A DNA stretch of 64,000 bases, taken from assembly GCA_047495785.1 (NCBI GenBank), contig JBLDXI010000019.1, forward strand, positions 2,852,001 to 2,916,000. Direction: 5' to 3'. The stretch is from Lepidodermella squamata (lineage: Eukaryota; Animalia; Gastrotricha). A program made the position numbers and the translations under genes. Below are positions 1 through 13,951 of this stretch, in pieces (positions within the stretch are counted from its first letter, which is position 1; every line of letters starts with the position of its first letter). Below the pieces are notes generated by a model, which saw only the letters and a list, made by a program, of their open reading frames with translations, was not told where the DNA came from and made no database searches.

Positions 1-64
1 ATCATAATGTGTCACCTTTGTGGGGCCGTGATTAATGGAATTCCAACGGTTGTTTTCCTTATAG

Positions 65-193
65 TATTTCCGAAGCCTCATCAGCTGCGGTTGTCTCAAA
101 CCTGAGCGCTACGTGGAAGCCCTGCAGGCCAAGCTCCGTCACCGCGAGGTGTATGCCCGCCTGCGTCGCCTCGATAAACGTCACCAGCCCTAG
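65..193 (+). CDS. Possible terminal coding exon of a gene starting upstream of the window (YFRSLISCGCLKPERYVEALQAKLRHREVYARLRRLDKRHQP*)
   Basis: Pyrimidine-rich acceptor (ttgttttccttatag) ends at 64, followed by 43 open, GC-rich codons to a TAG. No recognisable domain. Confidence 0.3.
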   Translation, partial: YFRSLISCGCLKPERYVEALQAKLRHREVYARLRRLDKRHQP

Positions 194-589
194 TCTATAG
201 CCTAAATCAAGCTTGACGATGGGCACACAAGTCCACTTTTACCCTCTGATTTCGCAATCATTGTTGGCGTCGCGCACGGAGCTAAGTGGGGTCCGGAATT
301 GAGCCTTTATGATCACTTGCAAATGAGAAACTATTTCAGTTGATTACTATCTTACCAGTTATGCCGCCCATCACTGTCGGCATTTCCAACTCAACGGCAG
401 AGCTGCTCAATCGGGTTTGCTTCTCGACTGCAAGCCGTTCTTACTGAGCGACGCCAAGCTTAAACTGCGGTGCAAACATGGGTCAACGGGTCGATTGTTG
501 ACCATCGCTTCGGCCTCATCACTTGGACTCGCAATCTGCGAGATCGGCGCCGCTAGTGATTCAGGTAACGTAGCTTTTTGATCGAATTA

Positions 590-1000
590 CCGTATTTGTT
601 CCAATAATAGCCCATTCACTAATAGTTGCTCATGTCAAGGCATCAGGGTCAAACAAATCGTCCATCTCTAACAATCGCCCGGGCTATTGCACATGCTTGC
701 TAGGTGTCGCGCGCCCCTATGCAGTCGCGTGCTTTTGTGCGGTATACCCTATGCGGTATAAAATTTAACAAACTTTTGAGAAACTTGCAGTTGGTAAAAG
801 ACGAAATGGGGCCGAATTTTGTTTTGAAGGGGTCTGTTGGGTGGCTCTGACCAAATAAAACCGAGGTGAGAGCGTCTAACGATTCGCCCATCTCTAATAA
901 TCGCTTATCTCTATTAGTAGCCCACTTTTTAGGACTTTTTTAGTTAGGGGTTGAAAATTTAGTAGCCCGGGCCGCTATTGGAACACCGGAACAAATACGG
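590..1000. mobile_element. MITE with CCGTA termini and TA target-site duplication (Tc1/mariner-pogo-like, non-autonomous)
   Basis: TA|CCGTATTTGTTCC ... GGAACAAATACGG|TA terminal inverted repeats; a related copy lies at 32346-32534. Confidence 0.75.
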
Positions 1001-1128
1001 TAATGATTTTTGCATGACTTGAAACTGTTTTGATGGTCAAATTCGATTATTGGCTGGAGCTCGTTTGCAGACTCCTGATGCTGCCTTCTACACAACAGAC
1101 AGCGTGCCCCAGGCCCAGTCACTGGGTT

Positions 1129-1155
1129 TCAACTCAACTCAACTCAACTTTATTT
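1129..1155 (-). repeat. (GTTGA)n microsatellite preceded by AATAAA, possibly a LINE 3' tail
   Basis: Minus strand reads aataaagttgagttgagttgagttga. Confidence 0.35.
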
Positions 1156-2274
1156 TGACCTTGTTTATCCAACAAAAATAACGAGAGTAGCCTTGGTTTA
1201 CGCTAACGATATGGCAGGTAACTTCCTTAGAATATTCTGTTTTTACACACGAATTTGTTTTGCTGTTTCAAAAAGAAACGCGTTGTGTGGGTTGGAAGTT
1301 CGACTAACGTAATTTCAGCAAAATACTGCAATTCGTTCGATCCGACTGACATGGTGTCGGGCGGCATAAGCACGTCGTATTGGTGCTTGACGCCAACCTA
1401 TGGTCCTCGATATATGTGTTCATCTACCGAGCTTTGGCAATCTATCCTAACTGTACGAGTGTAGGAAATTATCGTGTTTCGACCAGGAAAAACATTCACT
1501 TAGAAGCTATCTTATCTTAGGTGTTCGAAGAGTCAAAAAACGGGAAACTCAATGATTTATGCAAACCCCGTTGCATAATGAATACATGTACGATACTCAT
1601 TGGAGTATAAATAGCTGTAACGATAATCTGAATAAATTCTGAGAACCTTGGTTCAAGATGGTTTCCAAGTTCAAAGCTGGATACTGAACAAATGTTTTAT
1701 AGGGTCAACATGGAAGGTAGGGCCAGACAAGAGTCATGGACGGTTTTTTAGCGATCTCCGTCAAGGTAAATGTGCGATTCCCAGCGTCGATACGAACAAA
1801 TACGAACAAAGCTTCAAAAAATTCTGGATTCAAAGTTGGAAATTTGGCTAAAGGCAAAGGTCTGGATTTCTGAAGCCTGCCAACTCAACTGTTTTCGGCT
1901 TGTGTTAAATTCAACCAATGGAAAATAATACAACCATGCGGCAGAAGTCGCCCATGCATGCCATATGCGTTGCACCGAACTTATGCTCGAGCAGCGATCA
2001 GCAGCAGGAAGCGGAGAGCAGGAGATTCGTTAGCAGAGCAGCATCCAGTCTCATAGTAGTGCCAACAGTTGGAAACGAAAAAGACAGATCGCATCACCGC
2101 AATCAGCTTTATTCAGATATTTAACAACCGTCACACGCTGCGATGAAATGATTGGGGAATTTCGGGACTACGGGTCAATATATTCAAATAAATTATCACT
2201 CCAAATAAATAAATGGATTCAAATGAGACCAGGGATATGTCTTCTGGATGAATCTCGAAGAATCATGACTTGAG

Positions 2275-5137
2275 CTATTTGAATTTCATTCCTTGGGTTT
2301 TGGTCGGGAGCATTTTACTTGCCTGTTGCATTTGCAGGGCAGGTCTTATTGGCGGCAGCTTCTGCTGGCCGACAGCGAGCATCGGCTGTTGTGCTAGCAT
2401 TCCTTGCCTGGGCGGCTGATGAGCTATAAATCCTGGCTGTTTAGGCGCTTGCATAGGCATCTGCATTACCGGAGCCTGCATCAGGGCTTTGCTTTTCGAT
2501 GCCTGAGCAAAGGTTTGCTCATAGTAGGGATTTTTCTTTTCCCAATTACGAAGGGTCGCCCCTACAGGTGTCACAGGTCTACGGTTGGAATTAGGCTTTC
2601 CGTCGCGGACACTCGCCTTCTTCTTGCACAGGCAAAAGAGTACAACACCCACAATGACGATGGCAACGATGCCACCAACAACGCCGCCAATTATGTAACC
2701 AAGATTTGGGATACCAGTAGCTTCGGAAGTACTGTTGCCAGGAGATGCAGTCGCTTTGTTCGTTGTAGCCGCATCCTCGCTGCTGCATGGATTGACAGTT
2801 GGCAGGCAAGTGGAAAACTCCAGAGGGCTGCCTATCTCAGCCAGCATCATGGAGGCCATATCAGGCTGACTTATAGCGGCCTGGAAATCGTTTTGCCCAA
2901 TCGAAGCTGGCTCAGTTGCCGCTCTTTTCCGACGTTTTGCATTCAACACACCGCCAGCATCGCAAAACTTCTTCGTCGTCGTTGAGCTGATAGTGTATGT
3001 GATTCTAAAACAGCAGCCTTTTTCAGTTTTCGAGGTATTGGCGTAGTTGGAATCTATGATGTCATCCGTGTTGCTGTAGTTGAGGTTCACATTTTGCTTC
3101 TTAGTATATCCAGGACAGCATATCGAGTAGTTCGCTGCGCATACTGAATTCAGTTTTTTGGCGACATTGTTCTTGATGATTCGTCGTATCTTGAGGAACT
3201 CGTCAATCTTAGGGACTGGTTTGTAGAGCAGATCGACACCCTTCGATTCTTCATCACCGGAGGGTGAACAGCGAGTCGGGTTGTCACATTGCTGATACTC
3301 TTTCGACCCGTCAACTTTCAGTCGCCATTGCACTCCGATGCTGCAAGTTGATGAGCAGGCGGACCAAAATGCGCTTGACAGGCCAGATGTAGGTGGAACC
3401 CAGGTGGTGAGATAACGATCCCCTTCAGTTAGTTTGTCAGCAGAAATCGTTGTAAGATTGCTGACGGAGACAAGACCCTTACTAGGTGTAGTTGAAGCCA
3501 CAGACTTGGCTTTTGTGGTAGCTTTTCCAGCATTTGTGCTAGTTGCTAGGTTACTTGTTGTAGCCTCAGACTGTGGTGAACTCGCCCCAGCTGCGGTTCT
3601 TGTTCCAGTGACAGTCGACGCAGATGAAGCGGTTGATGCCAAAGTAGCTGCAGGTGAAGACTTTGTTACTGTCGTGATTGCAGTTGGGCTGGTTGATGCT
3701 GATGAGGGAGCAGCGGTTGATGTGACTGTCCGCAAAGTCGATGTAGAAGGAGAAGTCTGACTTGAAGGCTGACTAGAGGACGCTGTTACTGCTGTAGTTG
3801 TTGATCTTGAAGTTGAAGTTGACAGCGACGTCTGGCTAGAAGTGGGAGTCCCACTAGCAGTTGACATCATAGTATTTGTCGAACTCGATCGAGTTGATGA
3901 AGTAGAAAGAGTCGTTGTCGATAGCGGCGTAGTTGTTGAAGATTTAGTAGTTGTCTGGCTAGAAGTAGTTGTTGACATGATAGTATTTGTGGAACTTGAT
4001 CGAGTGGATGTGGTTGATATTGTGGTTGGCGTGGATGAGGTCGTTCCACTAGCCGTCAATGCCCAGAAATCGAACTTTATCAACCTGACGTTGCCTGAAG
4101 GACGCAATTTCAAAAGAAGGTCGAAGTATTTATAGCGTAACTCACCGAGATCGCCGTTATCTGCTAACCATCTTGGTTTAGCTATTCCAGATGCAAATGC
4201 AGCTGCAGCTCCTGATACAGGAATGTCAGAGAAGCAAACTGATGCTGGAGTGCTTCCGTTGCTCGACAATGGGGCTATCGCCACCTGCGAACAGATAGAG
4301 GTTAGTCAAGAGATTTAGCCTTTCGGATGAGGATAGCCTCTTCGGCGCATTTAAAATTTTACAAGTCTCGTACCGTTAAAGAGTCATTGCTTAGCTGGAC
4401 GAATAACCGGAAAGAAGCCACGCCAGATGCTGTTGAGAACAAGCTCGATGAACCACATCCAGGGTTCGAAGTCACAATGAAAGGATAAGATCTGATTTCA
4501 CCAGTCAGCGCATTTGTCACAGACACCTTTGCGCTGGCGTTATAGCGCAACTCAAGCCAAACAGTCATCCCGGTGATTCCGCCAGGCGAAATGCTAGTTG
4601 GGACTGAGGAAATTTAGCTGTATTTTGATCGACTAGCCTAGGCAGGTAACTTACGAAATGTTGTTCCGTAACTGGATGAGGATAGGATGAAGCCTAATAG
4701 ACCATAATCGGCCGAGTCATTTACATAAGTTGACGTTATATCCATTTCAGCCCTAAAATTGCTGTCGGTTGTCGGGAAAGCCTGATGTAGAGAAACCAAT
4801 TACTGGATTATGTGCAATTGTTGTACTTTTTCACAAACGGAGGCATGATGGAGCCTTCCATACTGAGAGTTGGTGCTAGTGATCTCGAAATAAGCGGAAG
4901 TTTGGCTTGCTACTTCAAAGGTGCTGAAAGATGTTGAAGCGGCAGAGGCATTGAACGATAAGGCGGATCGATATGTCGGAGTTCCCGCCCACAGGTACGG
5001 CAATGGGAGCGCGGCCGTATTCGGTACCTGTGATATAGCTGAACAGCGACTGTTAACTGTTAATTCAAAAGTGAATCCTTTGAAATACCTGATTTCAGCA
5101 AGCTTAGGAAAATAAGACCTCGGATCATCATGCCCAT
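2275..5137 (-). CDS. Type-I membrane mucin-stalk protein, paralog 1 (signal peptide, A-type N-domain, S/T stalk, TSP1-like/Cys-rich module, furin site, TM, NPYY tail)
   Basis: Spliced by eye: signal exon MGMMIRGLIFLSLLKS, then exons ISQVPNT..., AFPTTDSNFRAEMD..., ...MTVWLEL...FRLFVQL, and the large 3' ORF 2275-4284, which contains a 51-nt in-frame intron at 4095-4145. Motifs WSACSSTCSIGVQWR, KRRKRAA, TM IIGGVVGGIVAIVIVGVVLFCLC and NPYY. Confidence 0.85.
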
Positions 5138-5548
5138 GACTTACTTGAAAAAAAGAATAACGCAAGTCGGAGAATTTTGAAACTCGTCAATAATTAATGC
5201 AGCCTAAAACTTAATGGATACTTATCTATTCGCAACGGTTGGGAACCACTCTTGCTATGACGAGTTTTGAATCAATTAGATTTTTCCTAAAGTGGGGAAT
5301 CCATGCTAGAGCTGACGCGTTAAGGAGGAGTGGAACACTAAAAGGCTTTTAATAAGTACAAAAATATTCAGCCTCAACCAGGTGCTGAAATCCCAGCCTC
5401 TGCAGTTATCGATTGATATCGCCATCAAAAACCTTGGCACAGAGTATATGCTCGATAATTTTCTTTTACGACGGAAATTTTGCGTAGGGGGGGGGTTGCC
5501 TTTGTACCAACAGATGTTGACTATTTATTGCCAGTAACCGGTTACATA

Positions 5549-5985
5549 CCGTAGTTACCGAAATACTAACCCGGGCTTATACAAAAATGATACCTCGAAA
5601 ACTGGGGAAAAGTAGGCTTCTATTCAAGACTAGGCTTCTATTTTAGATAGGCTTATGCAACGGAGACCTGGCGTTACTTTCCGTCTTTCAATCTCAAAAC
5701 TCATCAAAGTATTCATTATTAGTTATTAGCTAGGTCGTCTAATAGCTGGAAATCAAGACTAATAAGGAAAGCATTCACTAAAATCATCATAAACAGCAGA
5801 TTATTACATATCTTCACGCATTTTTTCGTTTTTAAATACTGTTCAGCGCAGCAGAGCACACATGCCGTAATAGCATAGGCTACTATTCGAGATAGGACTA
5901 TGCATCGACGAATTTCAATTTACCTAGGCTTCTAATCGAGACAGGCTTCTAAACGAGTGGGGGCTTATAGTTCGGTGAAGTAACG
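5549..5985. mobile_element. Degenerate CCGTA-type MITE
   Basis: TA|CCGTAGTTACCGAA at the left end and an imperfect inverse (TTCGGTGAAGTAACG) at the right end; repeated internal AGGCTTCTA/GGGCTTAT motifs. Confidence 0.4.
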
Positions 5986-6490
5986 CTCTCTGACTATCCA
6001 ACTCATGCCGAGGTAAAGGTGCTTTTTGAGTATTTACTCCAAAGGCTTTCAATCTAAGAGGGAAAGAATTAGCAATTGGGAACAATCTGCCGAATCCGGG
6101 AGATTGAAATTCGCTTTTCGACCACCTTTTTCCCCTACCCGTTTTATTATTGAAAGCATCAAGTTTCTGCCTCGCAAATAATACTTTACTCTGGTATTAA
6201 CAACCATCATTGATGCACAAGTGTAAAGAGGCTGATAATAGTACAAAATATTACATCTGGAGAGTGCGCCAGAACAATCGTCCAGGATACGTAAGTTTAT
6301 AGGTGATATGATTCTCAGGTCACCAAAGATTAGAGAACACGCATTTTACTAGTAGTCCAGCCGGTAAATAAAACAGAGGAAAACATATAACATTTTCAAA
6401 AAACAGAGGATTAATAACTGAACAAGTAAAGGTTTGGGGTTAAGTGAACAGTGAACCACAAAACAAAAGTTGCATGTTATCTCTGACTTG

Positions 6491-9361
6491 TTATTTGAAC
6501 TTCATTCCTTGCGTTTTGGCCTGGAACATTTTGCTTATTGGCTGCTTTTGAGGGGCAGCCGGTGCTCTCAGCGTTCCAATCGGCGGTAGCTTTTGCATGC
6601 CGGCCACTTGTTGGGGCTGTTGAACCATGAATCCTGGCTGTTTGGACGCTTGCATAGGAGCATGCATTAACGGAGCCTGCATCAAGGCTTTGTTTTTCGT
6701 CGCCTGAGCAAAGGTGTGATCGTAGTAGGGATTGCTCTTTTCCCAATTACCAAGTGTCGCCCCGACAGGCGTCGCAGGTCTGCGACCCTCTAAGCCGGCG
6801 GAATTCGGTTTTCCATCATGAATACTCGTCTTCGTCTTGCAACAGCAATAAAGGACTCCAACAAAAATGACAATAGCAGCTATGCCCCCAACAACTCCGC
6901 CGATTATATAGCCGAGATTAGGGTTACCAGTTCCTTCGGAGGTACTGTTTCCAGGAGATGCAGTCGTCTTGTACGCTGAAGACGCAGCATCCTCGCTGCT
7001 GCATGGATTGACAGTTGGCAGGCATGTGGAAAAATCCAGAGGACTGCCTATCTCAGCCAACATCATGGAGGTCATATCAGGCTGACTCATGGCGGCCTGG
7101 AAATCGCTCTGCGCAATCGAAGCTGGCTCGGCTGCTGCTCTCTTCCGACGCTTCGCATTCAACAAACCGCCGGCATCGCAAAACCTCTTTGTCGCCGTCG
7201 AGCTGATAGTGTATGTGATCCTGAAACAGCAGCCCTTTTCGGCTCTCGATGTGTTCGCATAGTTAGAATCGACGATCTCATCAGTGTTACTGTAGTTGAG
7301 GTTCACCGTTTGCTTCTTCGTGTAGCCAGGACAGCAAATCGAGTAGTTGGCTGCACATACTGAATTCAGTTTCTTGGCGACATTGCTCTTGATAATTCGT
7401 CGTATCTTCAGATAATCGTCGATCTTAGGCACAGGTTTGTAGAGCAGATCGACACCTTTTGACTGTTCATCACTTGAGGCTGAACAACGAGTCGGGTTGT
7501 CGCATTGTTGGTACTCTTTCGACCCGTCGGCCTTCAGTCGCCATTGCACTCCGATGCTGCACGTCGAGGAGCAGGCGGACCATAGTGAGCTAGAGAGGCC
7601 GCCCGAAGGTGGAATCCAAGCGTTCAGGTAACGATCGCCTACGCTGAGTTTGTCAGCAGTAATTGATGTTAAACTGCTGACTGACAAGAGGGCCAAATTT
7701 GTGGCTGTGGCAGTTATCGTCGGTTTCGACGTTGCAGTTACACCATTATCAGCTCCTCTCGAAGAGGTGCTCACTGCATTAGACCCGCTATCGGCCGAAG
7801 TAGTTGATGCCAATTTGCCACTCACTGTTGTTGTAGAGCTTGACGACTGGACAAACGCGCCTGTAGTTGGGTTTGCGGTTGAATCTGAACGACTTTGAGT
7901 TGATGTTGCGGCAGAAGTTGTGTTCGCAGTAGCCGCAGATGAATTCGTGTTCTGCTTCGTGGCCGTTGTAGAGACCGTGACAGTCGTAGTACCACTTGAT
8001 GTACCTTGGCGAGTAGTTGAAATCGAAGACGTCGATAGCGCCGTTGTCGATTTTGAATTCAAGGTTGAGCTTGACACCAAGCTACTCGTCGTCGATGGAG
8101 TTTTACCCGTACTACTAGTCTGGCTTTGGGTCATTGTTGATAGACCAGAGGTTGTGGTTGGCAGGACAGTCGAGGTTTGGCGGGTCGTTGTTGAGGTTGT
8201 AGCTGTGCTTGAAGTTACCGTTGTGCTCGACCGTGAAGTAGAAGAAGCTGCAACGGTTGTCGAGGAATAAATCTCAACCAAACTCCATACGTAACTCTTG
8301 ATTAGAACCAAGTTCGCTGTAAAATTAATTGCCATAAATCATGAAATAATTAGGATGAGCTGATTATTACAAAAGTTCCCGTTAAACCCAAGCCATCGGG
8401 ATTTAACCAGGCCCGTAGCTAATGCCGAGGCCGCTGCTGCGGGAAGGGATATATCGGCTATGCAAATTACGGTAACAGTCGCTCCATTAGCTGGCAGAGG
8501 GGCTAAAGCAACCTGAAAAGCACACGATAACGAATCCAACGATAGCGAAGTAATGAGGTTTGATTATGGCTCACTGTTAAAAAGTTGTTATTCAACTGCG
8601 CAATCAACCGAAACGACGAGGCCCCTGATTGAGAAGCGAAAATACTCGACGAGCCGCAACCCAGCAGAGACGAGGCGATCACTGGTGATAATGGCAGGAA
8701 ACCAGAGCCATTAGTCGTAACAGACGCGTAAATGCCACCTCCATAACCTAATTGCAAAGTGATCGTCAAACCATTGAGACCACCAGTTGAAACAGCGACA
8801 TTAGAACCTCCGTTTATCTCGATAGTTAAATTTGGATAATCTAGTTAGAGTGGAATTAATAGGTGCCAAGGTCAAATACAATTTGTCATAACCAACTTGT
8901 GCTTCCATACGATGTTGACGAGAGGATGAAAGCCGCAATAGCGTAGGATGCTGAGCCACTTACATAAGTCGTGTTCAAGTCCATCTCAATCCTGAAATTC
9001 GTCATACTCGAAGGAAAAGGCTTGAAGAAAAAAGTTACTGGAGTTAATCTTGTTCAAATCGAATCCCACCTCAATGTGATGAAGTCGCCCCAATACGTTT
9101 GAGGCATTAATGATTGTAATACCCTGAGCCTCAAAGCCGGCCACATCCACGGTACTGAAGGCTGCTTGCGACAAGTTAACTGCATCAAACGACAACACTG
9201 CCTGGAAAACAGGCGCTCTGGAATACGGAAGAGCCAGAGATGCCACATCTGGCGATTGGGCTTTAGCTGAAATTCATCAATAAACAAAATGATGTTTCGA
9301 GGCTGACTTAATATTTACCCAGTATCAGCGTTACAGTGAAGGTGAAACAAATTTGAAGCAT
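6491..9361 (-). CDS. Type-I membrane mucin-stalk protein, paralog 2 (A-type N-domain)
   Basis: Signal exon MLQICFTFTVTLIL|gtaaat. ORF pieces 8986-9246, 8503-8769, 8339-8539 and 6491-8335 are collinear with paralog 1, with the same C-terminal module, TM and NPYY. Confidence 0.85.
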
Positions 9362-9892
9362 TTCAATCAATGTCTTCAAAATCTAGATAATTGTAACCTC
9401 GTCATCTGCCTGGCTGCCAGGCGATTGTGTATGAATAATGAATGTTGCCATTAGGGTGTTTTCAAACGTGAACTTGCTTCGCACGCATTTTCAAAATCCA
9501 CCATTCTAATGAAGATGAGAATTCTTGATTTCATGTGAAGCCATATTTTGAGATTCTAAAGCCAACGCCCTCCCTACAGCCCACGTATGAAAGCTTCGAT
9601 CTGAGTTTTCTTCATGTAGAACTGCCATTAAAAAGTATATAATAAGACTATGAATGCAGGCCTAGTCAAAGCTGTCAAGGTCACTAGCCACGCAACATTT
9701 ATTTTTGCTATTTTTGTTTTGATTTTGAAAAAATACGGTTGCTAAGGCCTTTTCTATCCTCCTTCCAACGCCTCGTGGCAGAAATATTGGAATAAAATTA
9801 GCGAACGGACATAGCTGTTATTACTCTAAATATATCATGTGTTACATTGATATCTAAACGTGTGTTACATGTAAACGTTGAATGCTGAATGT

Positions 9893-10468
9893 GCACTGTC
9901 AACGCACATCTTGTTATTGAAAGTGAACTCTCAATACATATTGAAAGTACACTATCCCCCATGGAGAGTATACTTTCAATAGAATGATACTTGTGCATTG
10001 AAAGTAAACGCTAAGAAATATCCATTGTTTTTTCTCTCTTGGGCAGCCGAAAGAGAACATTTGATAAAAGGGTTGAACATATTTGCGTTGAAAGTATAGT
10101 CTCAATATATGGAAGGATCAAGCGTCTTGTGGAAATTTCACATTCAATAAGAAGTGATATTGTTGGGGCCCGAGTCCGAATCCGGCCCATACGGGCTCCG
10201 GCCGGCCTGTACGCAGAACATTGATTCGCCACTTCGTGTTCGTGGCGCTTGAAAACACGCCCGTATGCGACGTTCACTGTAAATTTATTAAATGGAAAAG
10301 AATCACGCTTCACCCCACACGGGCCGGCCAGCTTTCTTCACACAACGACTTTGTCCAGCGCAGCACTCGGGCCGCCGGGCTCGGGCCTTTGCAATCAGGC
10401 CGCCTGGCTTGCTCGATTGAGAGTTCACTTTCAACGTTTCGCCACTCTCGTTGCAACATTTGACAGTA
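9893..10468. repeat. Imperfect inverted-repeat element rich in TTGAAAGT motifs (probable non-autonomous transposon)
   Basis: attgaaagtgaactctcaat (~9916) versus attgagagttcactttcaac (~10416); several internal ttgaaagt copies. Confidence 0.35.
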
Positions 10469-11029
10469 ATACTGTTTTATTTCTTGCAATTTAAAAGAAT
10501 CCAGGCGCCTCAGCACTGATATCTAGCAAATTATTGTTCCAGTTTAGGAACAAACGATTCTTCATGCACATTTCACGAAATTGAAATAAGAACTAGATAA
10601 GATCTCAGATGACATACATTTCCACGCCAATTCCATGTTACCTTGCCAAAGCACAACGCACTTCTTTGAATTCATAGATAGGCTGTCTTCGTCAAACAAT
10701 TCGAATGATTTTTCCGGGTACCGCTGTGTCTGAGATCTTTCATAGAATCCATTTTTTCATTATGTAAACATCATATCTCATCAACAAGTTTGCGCGAAAT
10801 GGGTTGCTTCGTTTAAAATGGTTTCATGTTTCGAATATTCACTATCTAATAGTCAGTATTACTTATTCGCCTCAAGTGGCGAATGCGGCGAGAGAAAATG
10901 TTGTTTCTGACAATCGAATGTAGAGAGCGGGGCTACCGCCGTTTAAATGAAATGGATTGAATAATATATTAGTAAGGTATAGGTATTTCAAGTTTGGGCG
11001 AATCTCTCTGAAACATGACTTCCAAACAA

Positions 11030-13882
11030 CTACCTCATTCCTTGCGTTTTGGCCGGGAGCATTTTGCTTGCTGGCTGCACTTGTGGAACAGCTCTTATTG
11101 GCGGCAGCTTATGCTGGCCGACCGCAAACTTCGGCTGTTGAGCCATGAATCCTGGCTGTTTGGGCGCTTGCACAGGCATCTGCATTAACGGAGGGTGCAT
11201 CAAGGCTTTGCTTTTTGACGCCTGGGCAAAGGTTTGCTCATAGTAAGGATTACGCTTTTCCCAGTTACCGAGAGTCGCCCCAACAGGCGTCACGGGTCTA
11301 CGGCCCTCTGAGCTGGCGGAATTAGGCTTAGCTGCATGGATACTGGTCTTTTTCTTGCACAGGCAAAATAGTACTATACCCACAATGACAGTAGCAGCAA
11401 CGCCACCAACCGTTCCGCCAATTATGTAGCCGAGATTAGGATTACCAGCAGCGTCGGAGGTACCGTTGTTGCCAGATGATGCTGAGCCTTTGTAGACCGA
11501 AGAAGCAGCATCCTCGCTGCTGCATGGATTAACAGTTGGCAGGCACGTGGAAAAATCAAGAGGACTGCCTATTTCAGCCAACATCATTTGTGCCATATCA
11601 GCCTCAGTCATCGCTGCTTGGAAGTCTCTTTGACCGATCGAAGCTGGATCGGTTGCCGCTCGTTTCCGTCGTTTGGCATTCACTGAACCCCCTGCATCGC
11701 AGAACCGTTTCGTCGCAGTCGGACTAATTGTGTATGTGATCCTAAAACAGCAGCCCTTCTCAGTTTTTGACGTATTGGCGTAGTTGGAATCTATGATGTC
11801 ATCTGTGTTGCTGTAGTTGAGGTTCACCGATTGCTTCTTCGTGTATCCTGGACAGCAAATCGAGTAGTTGGCGGCACAAGCTGAATTCAGTTTCTTCGCG
11901 ACATTGCTCTTGATGATTCGGCGTATCTTCATATAGTCATCAATCTTAGGCACAGGTTTGTATAGCAGATCGACACCTTTTGACTGTTCATCACTTGAGG
12001 CTGAACAACGATTCGGGTTGTCGCATTGTTGGTACTCTTTTGACCCGTCGGCCTTCAGTCGCCATTGCACTCCGATGCTGCACGTCGAGGAGCAGGCGGA
12101 CCAAAATGAGTTCGATAGGCCAGAGGGAGGTGGAACCCAGCCAGTTAAGTATCGATCGCCCTCTCTAAGTCTATCGGCCATCACCGTTGCCAAATCGCCT
12201 ATGGAGAACAAGCTTGCGGCAGTGGAGGTTGTAGTTGCCAAGACTCTTTCCTTGGTTGTAATTGCTGTGAAACTGGCTTGAGTAATGCTCGAAGTTTGAT
12301 TCAGAGATTGCGTCGAACCCGTTCTTCCAGTGACAACTGATTCTGATGTAATCATAGCAGCTGTGGGTGAGCTGGTTGCTCGGTTAGTCGCTGCGCTGCT
12401 GGTGCTGGAAATCATTAAAACTGTTGTTGACATGGGATTCGTAGGTGTTGTAGTTTGAGAGGAGGAGAATGCTTTCATATTAGTCGACGTTGTAATTTGC
12501 CCTGTCGTAGTCGAACTAGTAATGACTGAAGACGAATCTGTCTTCGAAGTTGTTGAGGCAGAAGTTGCCTTTGTAGTTGTCGAAGCTGTCGATGACATGA
12601 AATTCGTTGTTGTGGAAATAGTCGAGCTCGTACGCGTTGAAGTCGAAGTCGTAGATGAGCTTGTCGTTGGATTGGTAACAGGAATCGTCGAGGTCGTTCG
12701 AGTAGAAAGTGTTGTTGTCGAACTACTGACTGCCGCAGTTTGATTAGCTCTCCAGAACAGCATGTTTCTTATTGCCACATTTCCTGGGAGGGATTGTGAG
12801 ATTTATTAGTGAGCTATGAGCTATGGTGTTGGTAAAGAGTATTACCGATTGGAAGGCCGCCATATAGACGAATCTTCGAGTTGACATTTTCCAAAGTAGC
12901 CCCCATGCCTGGAAGGTTAGTGCCACTGAAGCAAATCAGAGGCGAAGCCACGCAATATGAGCTAAGTGGCGCCATAGCAACCTGGGTTTAATCATATCGC
13001 TCGGGTTAGTTGCGTAATGGTTTTCAAATTCTAACTTACAGTCAACACGTCACTTAAAAGCTGAACGATCAGACGAAATCGTGAAACGCCCGACAGAGAA
13101 AAGATCGAGGCACATGTAGTTGAAGTTATGTTCTCTGCTCCGGGCAACCACCCTTCTGAACCTGTAGCGAGAAGCAGCCTACCTGCCGGCTTCAACTCTT
13201 GCCACAGCGATAAACCAGTCATGATATGATAGTACAGATACGAGCTGTTATACTCTGTAAATCGGGTAGATGAAGTGATTTGGGGATAACTGACGAAATT
13301 TTGCTCACCGTACGAAGCGCCTGTTGCCGAAAAGATGAAGCCAAACCACGAGTTGCTATTGGATAAATTGGCTGGGAACTCAACAGTGACGTCTGTCTCC
13401 AATCGCCAGCTGTTGGCATTAGCGGGCTGAAATGCCGGGAAATGGTTTGCATGCGTAGCTAGTAAGTAAAGGCGAACTTACAATTGATAACCATGCGCCA
13501 TTGCTGCGAATCTCGAATGCCGTACTTTCTTGCGCGGCGTCATAATTCAAAGCTACGCTTGCTGATGCGTTAGACGCCTTAACAGCGTCGAATGAAAAGG
13601 CGGGCGCATATGCAGCATTCCACCCAGGCAGAGGCAAAGAGGTTGTGTCTGGAGCTGGTGTCCAGTTTCTTGAACCTGCAAGCATAAATAATAACCCCTT
13701 ATTGCTTTCGATTTTAGCGATGTTACTTGGATTGCTGCAAGCTGAAGAAGTCGTCGACGAGGGGCGAGTTGTAGTTTGCGAATTACCTGGGAAAGAAGCA
13801 GCAAAACTCAACGTAGGAATACGAGATATCAGGACTTACCCAGTGCAAAAGTAGTGCCAAACACGAGAATATATTGAAACAT
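11030..13882 (-). CDS. Type-I membrane mucin-stalk protein, paralog 3 (B-type N-domain only; tail ends GMR*)
   Basis: Signal exon MFQYILVFGTTFAL|gtaag (13882-13840), then exons GNSQTTT..., ...WLSI|PANANSWRLETD...FRLIVQLLSDVLT, and the large ORF 11030-12778. Confidence 0.85.
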
Positions 13883-13942
13883 TTTCAAGAACTTTCAAAA
13901 CTTCGAATAGCGGTCAAAAATTGTTAGTGCGGCCTCTTGCAC

Positions 13943-13951
13943 GCTTTATAG
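13943..13951 (-). promoter_or_regulatory. Candidate TATA box of paralog 3
   Basis: Minus strand cctataaagc, about 65 nt upstream of the ATG at 13882. Confidence 0.4.
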
